Shown piece by piece: positions 22,301 through 36,186 of a DNA stretch of 64,000 nucleotides. The stretch's first letter is position 1, and the number at the start of each line of letters is the position of its first letter. A model generated the notes under the pieces. It saw only the letters and a program-made list of their open reading frames with translations. It was not told where the DNA came from and did no database searches. Origin of the DNA: Hydrolagus affinis (lineage: Eukaryota); NCBI GenBank assembly GCA_012026655.1, contig JAAILG010000173.1:62001-126000 (forward strand), in the 5' to 3' direction. Made by a program: the position numbers and the translations under genes.

Positions 22301-25300
22301 CAGTAAGGTCACCTAGCTACTTATAGTGCCACGGTAAATTGGTGGCCCAGCAATATTAAATAAAGCTAGCAGATCAATGTTATAATTTTTTTTAACAAAA
22401 GCCTCTGCAGATTAAAACAAAACATACAAAACATGCAAGCAAAATTTGGAAATCAAATCACTCACCTTTTAATGATTTTAAATAATGGAATATTCCTTTA
22501 AACTACAGGGATGACATACAAAAAAAATTCTTCAATACAGTAATAATAAAAAAAAAGTTTAATAGTTTTATGGAATATAATAGGCACTGCCCTTGTTCTA
22601 ATTCTATAATAATAATAAAATACTTTACATTTGATATTGTGCCTTTCATGTCAGAAAAAGCATGTCAAAGCTATTCACAAGATATACTTTAGAATGTAGA
22701 GACTGTGCATTTAGTAGGTTATTGATCAAATATAATTAGAACCAGATGCAGGTAGTTTAAACTAATCTTTATATCAGTTTGTGCAGACAAAATGTATGCA
22801 AACAAAGGTTTTATGGTGTAACCAAGCGATCCTAGATCAATAAGATTTTGAATCAATTGGACTTTGACTACCTTCTCCCCTTAGTTGAGGAAACCTGCTG
22901 TCATTTGGTAGCTCACCCTTTAATTCTTGAGAAGGGGAGCACTGTTGCTTGCATATTAATTGTTTACATTTGCAAGCCAAGCAAAATTTTACACTGCACT
23001 TGCCATTTCACCCTAAAATAAAAATTGCATCATTCACCTCAAAGGTCCTGAGAATCCATAGCACAATAAATGAATGATTTTGTCTGAATTCTGGCCAATT
23101 GTTTCAGATTATTTAGACTACATAAAATTACCCAAACAGGAATAATTACTGTGAGATTGTAATTTTAAGTGCAAGCAGATGGATATAGATGATTAATTGT
23201 CATTCACATGCCCTTTAAAGGAAGTCTGCATCACCGACAGATGTGTATGAGAATCAATTTTGCATAACTAATCAGTGGTATTTATTTATATATAGCAATT
23301 CTACCTTGGAATGTAAAACTAGCAGACATAAATATAATATTTGTATAATATTTTAATTTATATACTTTTTTTAATTGCAGCGCCCACTGTGAAGTTCAGA
23401 CTATAATGTTCACAATTGTTGGTGAATTCTAAAACTGCAGGGAAGATTTCACGTAGCAAATCATCAGGCTGAATCTATTAAAAAGAGTAAGTAGCAGACA
23501 TTGTGAGAACATGTCAAAGGTTATTTGCTACAAGTCTTTTTTACACAGCGGAATGAAAATTTGGTCTTTTGTACCAAATATACAAATAGTGGGTTAAAAC
23601 AAAGGTCAGAATTACGGAGGGAATGGTTTACTTAATTTATCTATTAATGTGGGAAACATTAGTAATGCATATTAGAGCAATTACGGTGTATTAGAAACTG
23701 TTAGAATCAGGCTATCAAAGTTAGTTGAAGAGTTGATAAGATATTATTACATCAAATGTTGTTAAGAGATTTGTAAAAGTGGTGGAAATAAAAGTAAGTC
23801 TTACAGAAAAATGTGAAAAGCGTTTTCGTTGTTTAATGAAATTACCTCTTTGGCTTAAGCTTTTGTCAGATGGCAAAACTTCTGACTTCTGATATTCTAG
23901 TTATTAACATTGGTTATCTCTATAGTGAAGCTGAACACCACTGTACATTTCCACTTGTTGTTGAGTTCTGTCTATTCATATTTGCAGTGACTCGATCATC
24001 ATTTACCTTTCAGATGTAACAGCAAAGAGAACAATGTCTTTTTCTGCTAACATTCACCAAATCATTGATGAGAAGAGATTCAGAATGGGCTGAGCAAACT
24101 ACATTTAGAGACCCATGAGAGGGTATTGTGAAAAGAGTATGAATATTTTATTATAATGGAATATTTGCTTTGTAGTCATTTCTATGGTTCAGCATTACAG
24201 ATGTGTTATTGGGGTCTAACTAGTCAAATACCAAATCCCTCACTTCTGACCCACTGTTACTTCATTTCACAGAAGTCGAAAGCACAGCATCTGGGTGGCA
24301 TTCCACAGGTCTGTCTATGACATAATATAATTCACTATTTACAAATTCCTTTCTAAATCTCGTAAATTAGATGTAATTTCTCTTCCAATTAGGAGCCATG
24401 CTTTCTCACAGGTGAGCTAAGAAACAGACCTTTTTTGCAATAGACTAGAAAAATTATACACAATCCAGTGTATTTTAATTATTTCCTTATCAGCTGCAAG
24501 TAATTATTTCCATTGCGTTTCTGGTGAAACCGAGAAGCATGGTTAAAGTTAGCTCACTAGATTCATTTAAGACACAGCCTGATGTTTGACAAGTAGGCTA
24601 GATATTCGGGAAATTAGTTCGAATGGACCAAGGGGCTTTCTTGATCAAAAGTTTCCTTCCAATCTTGTGACCTAGGTCAGTGCCCAGAAACAATAGTTGC
24701 TCTTAATACCATCAAATGCAATGGTTTGGTAATGTATGAAGTGTGAGCAGATTGTCATGCATTACCTGTTTCCCAACCTGCAGATAATAATTAACTTACC
24801 TTTACTTTGTGTACAATAGTATATCTCATTAGTACAGGCACACTATAATGTACACTACAGTATATCAACACAATAGTACAATACCTGTACTAATTGTGTT
24901 GATATGTAGCACATCTTTAAAGCAGACTAACTTTCAGCTGCAGGCAAAACAAATATTTGCTTGCATCTCAGTTGAGGCGAAGCAATACATCAGTTCCACA
25001 TCGATTACACTTTCTATGTTCAGTTAATGGGACAACTAATCTGCAACACAAAAGACAAATAAAAGTCTTGTTCATTTACTGAGGATAAACTTACCTCTGT
25101 TGTTACAGATCTGTTGTTTGATTAATTGTAATATGTTGGATCTGGTTAATTTGAGGCTGGATGCTTAGAATACATTTGTTGTTTGTTGTTGTAATAAAGC
25201 CATTAGAGACCAAAGCTTTCATAATGGCATAGAAACAGGAAACTCTTAACAAACCAAAATAAACCTCATAAAAAGCTGTTGTAATAGCATATCACAAAAG

Positions 25301-26619
25301 TTGAGGCCCATACATATAGGTTTCCTCGTGGAATGATTCTGAATCCTAACACCTGTATTTAAGGATAAAAAAGGCAGCATGAGGTGATGTCAATGTAAAA
25401 GGTGGAAGCTGGAACTTGGTTTCATGTTTTTCTGGAGACAATTATGGTAAGCACTTTAATCACATTTGGTAAGTCAGTGTGAGATCACTTAAGGGAGGAA
25501 GTCTAACTCTGCTGTTGCTGGAATAACTGTAGCTTGTTCAAAGCCAACGTTTTAGACATAAGCAGCTCATTATCTGTGCTGACAGAGAGGTTGCAATGGC
25601 ATTCAATTTGATTAACAGTCAGGTCACAGTAGTTATACTCACAAATTAGATTTGATACGACAATTTTGACTTCTGATTTGCGAATGTCTAAAATTGCTTG
25701 ATTTGAGATATTCACAAAAGGACTAAATGTAACACTACTGAAAACAGGCAACTACTGAAAAAGGCCAGAGACCAAATTGGATTTGAGAATTTCACAAATT
25801 AATCCTCAGCAAAAAGTGATTGTGATTAGGAGACTTCAAAGTACTGAAATGCACATGAGCAGTGCTTTGTTTCACCACGATTCTAAGCTACATGGTGCTG
25901 CTGGTTAACATTGCTCTACTCCAGACATCAGTATAATGCTGATACAATCTTGTTGCGTGTTGCGTTATCAAAAGTGAAACACCATTTGATGCGCAGTGCC
26001 CAGTTATAAAAGCCTAAACTGTAAAACTCCTTAACACAAAGGTATGGTTTATTTAAAATGCCAGTTAAGCCTTTCAACTGCACTATGCTGTCATAATCAG
26101 ATAAAATTTTTGATAACAATATTAATTGATTGAATGGCTTTGATATACCAAAACAAAACTCTGTACATAATATTACATCTCCACATCTAACTTTAGCGAC
26201 AAGGACCCTATCTGAATACATATCTAGAATATATCTAGAATAATATTCTTTGTTATTTGATACTGATTGTGGCTTAATGTATCAAACTCGATGATTAGAA
26301 TCTCTTTAAAATGTCCTAACCTTTTAAAATAATCATGTATATCAACAGGAATATTCATTTTGAATGTTAGAGTCATTCTTCTGTAAATAGATAGCAGTTG
26401 CTTTTCACAGTGCAACAACCACAAAATTACACTTGTAAAGCACCTTTCACGTCGGGAGGACGTCCCAAGGCACTGAAATGATGACAGTTCAGCTATCATC
26501 CAAATTAAGGGAAATAATTGGAATAACCCTCATTCTAAGACCAAGATCGTTAACTGAGAAAAGTGATATTGCACAGCATCTTATTTTACTGTGTTTTCTT
26601 ATAACACACAGAACTCACA

Positions 26620-26760
26620 TTGTCTTTCATATTCATGGGTATCAAGGGATATGTGCCAAGGGCAGGTAATCAGAGTTGAAGTACAGATTGGCCATTATCT
26701 TATAGAATGGCGGAACAGTCTCGAGGGGCTAAATGACCGTCTCCTGGTCCTATGATCTTA
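26620..26760 (+). mobile_element. CR1 3'UTR fragment
   Basis: ggtatcaagggatatg...gaatggcggaacagtctcgaggggctaaatgacc parallels 4260-4390. Confidence 0.8.
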
Positions 26761-27019
26761 TAAAGGATTTATGCTATCAAACTCAAATTGAAATGCATAT
26801 CTAACAGATATGGAAGTACGAATATTAATATTTGTAATGGTAGAGGACAGATTATTTAAAATAACAATAAAGCTTGTACTGTAATTCTTGTAAATCGAAC
26901 CAAATGGTTCTGCACATAAACAATTATTTTTTTCTCCCAATGAATTAGAAGCATTTAATTAATTTATGTTTAAGTTGCATTGAAAATAAAAAGCTACTTA
27001 TTTCTTGCTGAGACTGAAC

Positions 27020-27352
27020 AGCCATTGCATGGTTAGCGCACTTGTGTTGCAAGCTGGGGAGACCAAGCTGGGGAGACCTGTGTTCGAATCCAAGCAGGTC
27101 AGGGCGAAACCTTGGGCAAGTTTCCTTACTCCACACACGTAAGAATAAGCCCTCCAAAAAAACCACAATAATAAAATTGGTTATTTCAATCCATGACTGT
27201 GTGTGGGACACTGCTGTGCGCAATTGGCTGCCATGATTCGCCCACAAATATATACAGTCAATTCACTTTACAGTATATTCTGTGAAGCGCTTTGGGACGC
27301 TGATAAGATGTGGAAAGCGCTATATCAAATGCAAGGATCATTATTATTATTA
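27020..27352 (+). mobile_element. Family A SINE, short form
   Basis: Full head-body-tail. The head contains a tandem duplication caagctggggagac x2. Confidence 0.92.
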
Positions 27353-27894
27353 TATAAACTGACTATGACACTGTGAAGTTTTCTACATGAGTAACTGAAC
27401 AGCCAGTCTTGGCCAACATACACAAGCAGTGCGAATTAAACATCAAGGGAATTTTGATTGGATACAAAGCATTGGTTTACCACAATATTTTCCTGTAACA
27501 TTGATACTTTAATGTACATTTTATATCCTGGTGTATTCAAACAACTTAGCACCTGAAATCGGCAAAGAAAGGCATCTATAATGCAGCAGCAACATATGGC
27601 TGGTTGAAGAAAACTATGATTTTTCTGCTGACCTGAGCAATATTTTATTATTCTGTTCTCTAGTGGGCGGACTGCAGTTTACATGACCAACAGCTGATGG
27701 TTCAAAACCCTGCCTGTGTTGCTGATCTGAGGTAGGGATGCTATACAAATGCAATTTTGTTGTTGTTGTTTGGAAGGCTAAATTCACCCAACCTTCTTAT
27801 GGAGGGCAAAAAAACAGCGTTCCTGCTTCTGGAATCTCTTCAGGTTTTGTGTTTGTGTGCGAGCCGGATGAGGAGATGTCAGGTTTTGTGAAGT

Positions 27895-28188
27895 AATCCA
27901 TATGGACCAGGAAGGTCCTGGTTTCCATATTTGATGCTAACCAAGGCAAGAATAGGAATTCTAAATTTGGTTTCAATGTTCTTGGGTCAAGAAGAGGAAA
28001 GATCAGCTATTGATTGTTATCCAGTGACCTCTGCTGGAAAGTGTGTGTATGTGTGCACAGGAAATGGAGGCAGGGTTTGGTTTGGCTGTAATGCAGAAGG
28101 ATCATTTGGGGATTAGAGTGCACATGGAGCCCTTGGAAACACACCCCAAAGTCATCATCTCAAAACAGGAAGGAAAAGGGCAGGAGGC

Positions 28189-28190
<2 letters not shown>
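27895..28190 (+). mobile_element. Family C old SINE (best + copy)
   Basis: accaggaaggtcctggttt...ttatccagtgacctctgctggaaagtgtgtgt...tttggctgtaatgc...cccttggaaacacacccca. Shorter pieces of the same family lie at 27680-27870. Confidence 0.65.
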
Positions 28191-28235
<45 letters not shown>

Positions 28236-28262
28236 CGCGCATGCACACACACACACACACAC
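28189..28262 (+). repeat. Compound microsatellite (TAGA)n then (CA)n
   Basis: Directly visible. Confidence 0.97.
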
Positions 28263-28449
28263 CAAAGCTTCTTGTGGGGAGCACAGTTGTTGGATGTATC
28301 ACTGATGCTGATTTTGCATTTATATAATGTTCTGCATAGAAATTGGCCAATTATTTAATTTTATTTCAGAGATAAATTTCCGTTTAAAATCACAAAACAC
28401 AGGTTAACCTAAGACAGGTGGGGCTACATTGTAAGACATGGTAGTGGAA

Positions 28450-30100
28450 CAAGCAAGTATTCCCATAGTGATAAAGAACTGAAAATTTTTATTACCAGCT
28501 GCATACGAGTGTAACGTGTTGGAACATAAACCAGAATATTTGTTTGGGGAGTCCTTTCACAAATCAATGAAAAGAAATTCCACCTATCTGTAGGTCCATA
28601 TTTACTCTAGTAAAGTAAAAATTCAAACATCAGCAAATTTCTGAATTCAATCTTAACATTAAAGTGGCCTTTTTACAGTTTTTAAAAGGTCTTACAGATA
28701 TCCAGCTTCAAAATAAAGACAATTTGTCAAATTCCGAGCATTCTAAAATGCTATGTCAATGCAGTAATTCTTGGTCCAGGTGGAGTTTTTCAAATGATTG
28801 AAATTTGTTTCTATTTCATATATGTAGCTTCTGGCTAAATGATTGTGATGACCTTCTCTTTAAAACAATTCTGAGGTGAGTGCCTTAACTATGGCTATTC
28901 TTTGAAGGCTTTTTGCACACATGCCAATCTGCATAACCTTTTTGTGAACGACAAATAAAAATTGTACCCTATTGAAGAAGTGGACAACTCTATAAAAATA
29001 AATCCAAAGACCTTTTGCAAGAACAGAGGATTCCTGCAACTTTCATATTCTGTATCCTCCTGAAGACTATGACATCCCCATGAGGGCATGTGAACTCATG
29101 AGAAGCTCTCTCTTTGTACCATGTTGAAGGGAGAATACTAAAAGATCTCTAGGCTAAGTGTTGGCACATCTTTTTCTTGAAATCATGTAATGAAAATGAC
29201 ACATGGCTTTTCTTTCTCCTTGCAGTGAGGGCAAAATCCCTCTCACCATTGTGCCTTTGATCACGAGATTTTCAATAAGATTTTAGCATAAAGATAAATT
29301 TATTGCTTGACATCTGTTATAGGGAAACTGAAGGTAAACACTCCCCAAAACATTATCGCACAAGGTGATCTATAACCCTCTACTGTCATCCTCTTCAGCC
29401 AAAGAATAAAATGATAGCACACTGATAATTAATTTAATCCTACTTCAAGTTGGAAGTAGGCATTTTGTGAGTAAATGGTTCTGATAAGAATACAAGAAGC
29501 TAGATTAAAGGGTAGGTTTTCACTTTCCACACTAATAAAATGTTCTCCCTGTTCCTTGCATAGACTCGAGCGTTATGGAATGGCATCATCAACCTGATAA
29601 GTTTACTGGTAAATACAGCAGTTTAGAAATATTGTTTCCTTGCCAATCTGAATGTTGGATGTGTTTGTGTTGAATTATCTTTGGTCTTCTTTAACAAAGG
29701 TATAATTTTGTGGCTGTAAATAGGAGCTTTTAAACATTCAATAGACTTATTAATTTATTTCCAGATTAATGCTATTCATGTGCATACCAGCTAATATCAT
29801 CATTGAATGTTTAAAAATCACTCGAACTAATACTCTGAGATTTACACCCTCATTAAATAGCAGCAGAACCAGCTCATGTGATCTGTTTTTGTCCAAACTT
29901 GACAAATGATTTGAAATTCATATTTGAACTGCAAACCCTAGTGAATAATGTTCATTATTGATCTTTTGATAGCTCTCGGCATATGCCATCATTTCTTAGC
30001 TAAAGAGAAGATGCCAAAGCTGGACAAATTTCCTCTTGCTGAGAGTTTTTCCAGCTCCTTTCATTCTTACTGTCAGAAGAGAGCAGGAGATGGGAAGAAT
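28450..30100 (-). mobile_element. Ancient CR1-clade ORF2 relic (endonuclease end through RT)
   Basis: Minus-strand remnants in canonical order and spacing: ARG...L near 30040, EH (SDH-like) near 29950, SVFT near 29340, KA.G..G..P near 29250, VP near 29165, QKAF near 28910, FAD near 28632. Confidence 0.5.
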
Positions 30101-30340
30101 TACAAAAAATCACTCATTTCAATTTGGTGATTGATCTTATAATGTTGCTGCTTAACACATGTCTGGAATCTCCTGCAGGCCAAAAGCATGATATTAGTGG
30201 CAACTGCACACATTCACATCAGTAAGTCAATTGTTGGTAAGTACATAAAGCAAGCTAACATTCAACCTGTATAAACTGAGCAGTTCAGGCCTAATTCAAT
30301 ATTTATGTAAAGTTAACGATATTTAGATTCTCTATTGATG

Positions 30341-30553
30341 AGAGTCATGCAGCTTAGCGGTTAGAGCACTGCCTCACAAGCAAGACTTGGGTTTGATTCC
30401 TGGGTAGGGCGAAACATTAGGAAAGTTTCTTTATTCCACTCTCCTGTGTTTACCTAGCAGTAACTAGAAACCCGGTTGGCAGATTGCATTTGGGGGGATA
30501 ATAATACCTCAAAAAAATTATAATAATCATTTAATCAGTCAATCCATGACTGT
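30341..30553 (+). mobile_element. Family A SINE, long form, 3'-truncated
   Basis: Head and central domain (tgtttacctagcagtaact) present, tail missing. Confidence 0.88.
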
Positions 30554-30580
30554 GAGCCAATGGAGCTGGGTGAGGGTGGG

Positions 30581-30916
30581 ATAATAATCCTTTCATTTGA
30601 TATAGCCCCTTGTCACATCATTAAACTGCCTCAAAGCGCTTCACGGAATATAGTGTACATATTGTGGCCGAAATGCGGCAGCTAATTAGAAACAGCAGTG
30701 TCCCACAAACAGTTGTGGATTGAGTGATTGCATTTTTTTTAAAAATTACCCTGCAATCTGCCAATCGACCAATAACCGGATTCCTACTTTATTACTGGGT
30801 AAACCAAGGCATGTGGAGTTCGGAAATTGGCCTATCGTTTCACCCCTCCCGGGAATCGAACCCAGGTCCTCTTTGCTTGCGCGGCGAGTGTTCTAACCAA
30901 TACGCCACAGGACTCC
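30581..30916 (-). mobile_element. Family A SINE, long form
   Basis: Tail ataataatcctttcatttga to head gggaatcgaacccaggtc...caggactcc on the reverse strand. Confidence 0.92.
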
Positions 30917-31402
30917 ATTTCTTATTTAAATAAATATAAGCTGTGACTACTTCAGCTTGTGTCTAATGTATTTGGCGCAATAAGTAAAATTGAATTAGCT
31001 CAGCTCTGTTATCTTTTTGTGCCAAGTAAGTTCTCTTTAAAATAACTTCAACTAGCTTCCACTCTTCCACTAGCTTTGTGAAATCCTGAGTCTCAGATCA
31101 TGCTGTTTCAGGCACTCTAAAATTTAGCACATTTCTCAGACTTTATTTGTTGTATTTCACCATCTTTCACCAACATCTAATAATAAATTATCCATTTCAT
31201 AGAATCGGGAAGTATTTGACATCTTCCAATCAATTTCTTAAATAATCCTTTAAGCTTTGAGTATTTAAAGCATGAATATTTAACTGACAAATCTTCAAAA
31301 AGTTGAATTTCCCATCCGGAAGTAAATCCTATAATATTTTGATCCTTTTTGCCCTGGTTCCATCAATCTGTTGGTTTCCAATGCTTGAATAATGGGTTAT
31401 AT

Positions 31403-32548
31403 CAATAACAACAAAATTACATTTATAGAACTCCTTTCATGTCAGAGGGACGTCCCAAGGCGCTGAAAAGTCAGGGGTCGGAACCCGAGCATTGGGGAGA
31501 GGTGGGGTAGGGGGGTGAGGGGATCCAGAAAGATGGGAAGGCAGCTGAACGCAAGGTCAAAAAGGAGTGTCTTGAGACTCGCCTTGACGGAGGCAAGGGA
31601 GGAAGCAAGGTGGAGGGACATTGGTTTTGAGTTCTGTAGTGTGGGAGCAGAGAAGCTGAAAGCCCAGCTATCAATGGGAGGTGCGTCGCGCGGGAGACAT
31701 GGAGTAGACCGGAGCCCACTGAACGGAGGGAGCAGGCAGGTTGGTAAGGAGTCAGCAGGTTGGAGACTTTGGAGGGGGCAAGGCAATGGATGGACTTGAA
31801 AGCGAAGATGAGGATCTTGAATTCTATCCTCTGGCAGAGGGGGAGCCACTGGAGCTGGGCGAGGGCGGGAGTAATGGGGCCGGGAGAGGAATGGGCTGCA
31901 GTTTTAGATGACCTGCAGCTTGTGAATGGAAGAGTTAGCGAATGCATGGGTGAGGGTTTCTACAGCCTGAGATGTGAGGTCGTGCTGGAGTCTAACAATG
32001 TTAAGGAGGTGATGGAAGGCAGTGCTGTTCATAGCACAGATGTGGCGGAGAAAACACAGTTTAGGGTCAAACAAGACATCCAGGTTCATGACTGGCTTTG
32101 TAAGATGGAATGTGCAGCCGTGGATGCTGATGCTGCCAGTGCTTGAGGTGCCGAGACGCTAACTCAAGCCAAACAGGTGGGCCTCAGTCTTGCTGACGTT
32201 GAGCTGGAGAAAGTTGTGCCTCATCCAGGACTTGATGTCATACATGCAGTCTGTAAGGATACTGGTAGTCCTGGAGTTGAGGGTGGAGGCAGAGAGGTAG
32301 AGACGGGTGTCATCCACATACATGTCTGCGGATGATGTCACTGTAGAGGGTGAAGAGGAGAGGACCAAGGACAGAGCTCTGAGGAACGCTGCACAAGACA
32401 GTGCAGGGGTTGGAAGAAAGGTCGTTGGCAGAGACAGAGTGGGCATGGTTTGAAAGATAGGACCTAACTGAATCAAGGACGGATCCTTGAAGGTTGAGGT
32501 GGGAGGAGAGGTGGTGGAGGAGGATTGAATACTCAACGGTGTCAAAGG
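31403..32548 (-). mobile_element. L2 LINE, 5'-truncated, decayed RT and C-terminus
   Basis: FDTV..ILL..L, VPQSSVLGPLLF, YVDDTRLYLS, WM..NFLQLNVSKTE, ITPALAQLQWLP..RIEFKIL in shifted frames. (TTG)n-type tail. Confidence 0.96.
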
Positions 32549-33859
32549 GAAGATAAAGGGTGAAGCATTTCTGGTGGCCTGTTGGTTCTACCATAGTTTG
32601 TAAAGGTCAGTGTTTGTTTGGGATATTGTCACTGCAACATGTAAATCAATTTTACTTTTTTTGAATGGTGTTCTAACCAATAGAGCTTTAACTTGTGGAC
32701 TGGGGTGTTATTGGTTCAAAAAATGGATATGGCAGAGGGAGAAAATCTGAAAACTAATTGACACACTAAATTTTTTTTTAAACTTTAAAAAAAACCTTTC
32801 AATTTACACTTTAGATCCATTGAGGAAAAGAATACAGAACAAAACCTAAATCCATGTAATGTATTGAACTAAATCTTTCATCACAACTGCTATCTAACTC
32901 ATCTAATAAGAGTGCAGTGGGGTGGGGTGGAATTCTTTTTTCTTTGCCTCACAGATTCAATCCAGCAGACATCTTGTAATTTTCAAATGAATATTTGTCT
33001 TTGATTTAAAAAGTTGTTTGATCCATTGATTAAACTGCGGGTTAGCCATATCCATATTGCCATTAAAATTTTAGCTATGGTTTTATAATCAATATATGAA
33101 AGAGATTTAGGGTGAGTGAGTGGTATTGCCATGGGGGGTGCTTAGCTTTGAACAAAATCAAAGTGTCACTCGCTTCATTCATGATTTTTGAAACAGATCT
33201 TATCTGACTAGGTTTTCAACAGGGACACCTTACAATTGACTGAGTGGGAAAACTCAGCTGGAAAACCATTAGGAAACTTTGCGTTTGGCCAAATTTAAAA
33301 GTTTGAATTGAACTTCATTTAATGGATGATTTTAAGGTTAATTTCTACAAATTTCTATCACTTCAGGCTTTCACAAAAAGTTGTTAAAAGAGGCCAATTA
33401 TTTTGTTACACACATATGACAATTTCTCAAAAAGCTTTCCTTGTGTATCAGTTTCTTGTGATCTACTGCAGTATCTGTTTATTCAATACCCTAACATTAT
33501 TCAGTCATCTTTTATTTAGCATATCAATTCACATAGAATTTGTTATATCTTTTCCATTGTAGTCTAAACAAAGAGAAGTTTGCTCTTCTAACTAATCTGA
33601 AGAACACTTCAAAGATTTGAATTGTGTGAATAAATAATTAATAATAATAATTAATCTTATTATTCATACATAAGATATACACATAACAGAAATTCATGAT
33701 TGCAGAGCAAGACTTGCTTCAGAGCCATTTTGCCACTTGGAGTCAAACTCCACAAAGTCAAGCAATCTGGGATGCTGAACACTGTGAAGGGTGCTACACA
33801 AATGTAAGCTGTTGTTTCTTGAGCAGTTTTTTTTTAACTATTCAACTAATTAATAAAAA

Positions 33860-34141
33860 TACTAATCCTTGCATTTGATATAGCACTGTTCACGTCTTCT
33901 AGATGTCTCAAAGCATTTCACAGAATATACTGTAATGTGAATTGACTGTATATATGTGGGCAATACGCGGCAGCCCACACAGCAGTGTCCCACAATCTGT
34001 CGTGGATTGAAATTACCCTTTTTTTTTGAGGGATTATTAACAGGCATATGGAGTAAGGAAACTGGTTTCGCCCTGCCAGGAATCAAACCCAGCTCTCTGG
34101 CTTGTAAGCCGAGTGCTCTAACTACTGAGCTACAGGACTCC
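33860..34141 (-). mobile_element. Family A SINE, short form
   Basis: Complete head (gagctacaggactcc) to tail on the reverse strand. Confidence 0.92.
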
Positions 34142-34510
34142 ACAAAACAAAATGGATTGAAATAAACTGTTTATGGAGGATTGTTCCTCAGTTACAAAGC
34201 ACTAACTGTGAAGGCAGAACATTCATTTTGTCTGACTGGGATATACCTAATAATATGTCTAATAAAAAGACGTGAAAAGCGCTACATCAAATGCAAGGAT
34301 TATTATATATTATTATATATAGTATATATTATATACATTATTATTAATAATCCTGTTTTATTATATAGGATTATTATATATTATTATAGTAAACCAGCCA
34401 ATAGATATTTCAGTAGCATTCACAAAGCTATGGCTCTATGCTCTACACCTGGGTGCAACAAGAGCAATTTAAATTAATACTGTTCAATGATGGGCTGCAC
34501 TGTTTTCATG

Positions 34511-35093
34511 CATCAGGCACTGGCAGCATCAACCTCCATGGCTGCTCACTTGACCTCACCAAGCCAGTCAGGAAACTAGGTGTCTTGTTCGACCCTCAAT
34601 TGTCTCTATCATTCCAAACTCCGTGACCCATCCTCGCCCAACTCCATTGGCTCCTTACATCCAGTGGATTCAATTCAGGATCCTGGTCCTAACATTCAAA
34701 GCCCTCCACAATCTCGCCCCTTCCTACATCCATGACCTTCTAACCTCTTACCAACCTGCCCAACCCCTCCATTCAGCAGGCTCTGAGCTGCTCCTCGTCC
34801 CCTGACCCATCTGCCTCAACATTGGCAGGCAAATCTTTAGCCCCTCTGTCTCCAACCTCTGGAACTCCATCCTGCAGTCCCTCTACCTCACCCCTTTCCT
34901 TGCCTCCTTCAAGACCTATCTCAAGACTCTCCTCTTTGATCATACCTTCAATCACCCTTCTTCCCCACATGCCCTCCATCCTCCCCAATCCCAACCACCA
35001 GCTCAGGTCCAATACACTGATTGCCCAGTGCCTTGGGACATCCTCCCAATATGAAAGGTGCTATACAAATGTAATTTTGTTTTTGTTGTAGTT
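34511..35093 (+). mobile_element. L2 LINE 3' fragment with internal deletion
   Basis: VRKLGVLFDPQLS jumps directly to LHWLP/IQFRILVLTFKALHNLAPSYI. Standard L2 tail. Confidence 0.93.
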
Positions 35094-35885
35094 GAATGAA
35101 GTCTGACATTATAGGCTTACTTTTAATTTTTGTGTTAACAATAGGGGGAAAATCAATTCAACAAACTCAGTATCATGAATGATTGTTACAGTAAATTTGA
35201 TCTCCATTTCAAAGACTTTTCGAAGTGAGTTTGAGATATTTCATACAAGTTTGAAGTTGCTATGATTTGATATACACATAATGATCCTTCTGCCTATAAT
35301 GTCTAATTAGCTCCTTTGAGATCAGAGAATAATCAATTTGAAGCAGCTTTACTGTAGCATTGCGTAATTTGAAAAGTCTATTTTATTTGGATATAATAAT
35401 CTCCGCATATCAAATGTTCCCAATTTTAACCTGGAGCAGCATTGTTAGCACTCCCCTTTAAGGAAGATTTACCAATAATTTTAATTGTTACCTAAACTAT
35501 TAAAGTCACCACCTATAATAATGTAGGAGCAATATATGATTTAATTATTTTTGGGGTTAGGATTTTGCTCATTAATATTAATTGCAGCGGGAGGATTGCT
35601 CGCGACTAAATCTTAAAATCACCCATCTATTTACCCAACAAATTAATTGTAAAATCTAGTCTATCTAGTCAAAATCTAGTCAATTCAGCACAAGTTACTT
35701 CCTATCTCACCCAGTTTCTCCAGAGCTTTATCAATTTACTTTCTTTTTCATTGTTACTAGTTATGGGAGAGTAGGCGAATTTCTCAACTGCTGTCGTTAA
35801 CAGTTTTCTTTTAATATAGGTTTAGTAAATGGCAATTTGTTTTAGTCATTTTGAAGTTTGAGAGTTGATCTCTTGTCTTGGGTAG

Positions 35886-36186
35886 TAATAATAATTATCC
35901 TTGCATTGGATATTCACATCTTTCAGATGTCTCAAAGAGTTTCACAGAATCTACTGCAAATTAATTGACCATATATTTTGTGGGCCAAAACACGGCAACT
36001 ATTGCGCACAGCTATGTCCCACAAACAGTTGTAGATTTAAATTAACAGTCTATTATTGTTTTTCTTTTCAAGAGATTATTATCAGGCGTTTAGAGTAAAC
36101 TTGCCCAAGGTTTCGCCCTACATGGAATTGAACCTAGGTCTCTCGCTTGCAAGGCGAGTGCTCTAACCACTGAGCTGCAGGACTCC
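35886..36186 (-). mobile_element. Family A SINE, short form
   Basis: Well-preserved head ggagtcctgcagctcagtggttagagcactcgccttgcaagcgagagacc on the minus strand. Confidence 0.93.

Noticed and set aside
23381-23486. Good acceptor (ttttttaattgcag) and donor (gtaagt) pair
   Set aside because: Closed in all three frames. A non-coding exon cannot be supported without transcript data.
36120-36186. tRNA-like sequences (also 12771, 17931, 30850, 34080, 45170)
   Set aside because: SINE heads: no proper acceptor stem, and each continues directly into the SINE body.
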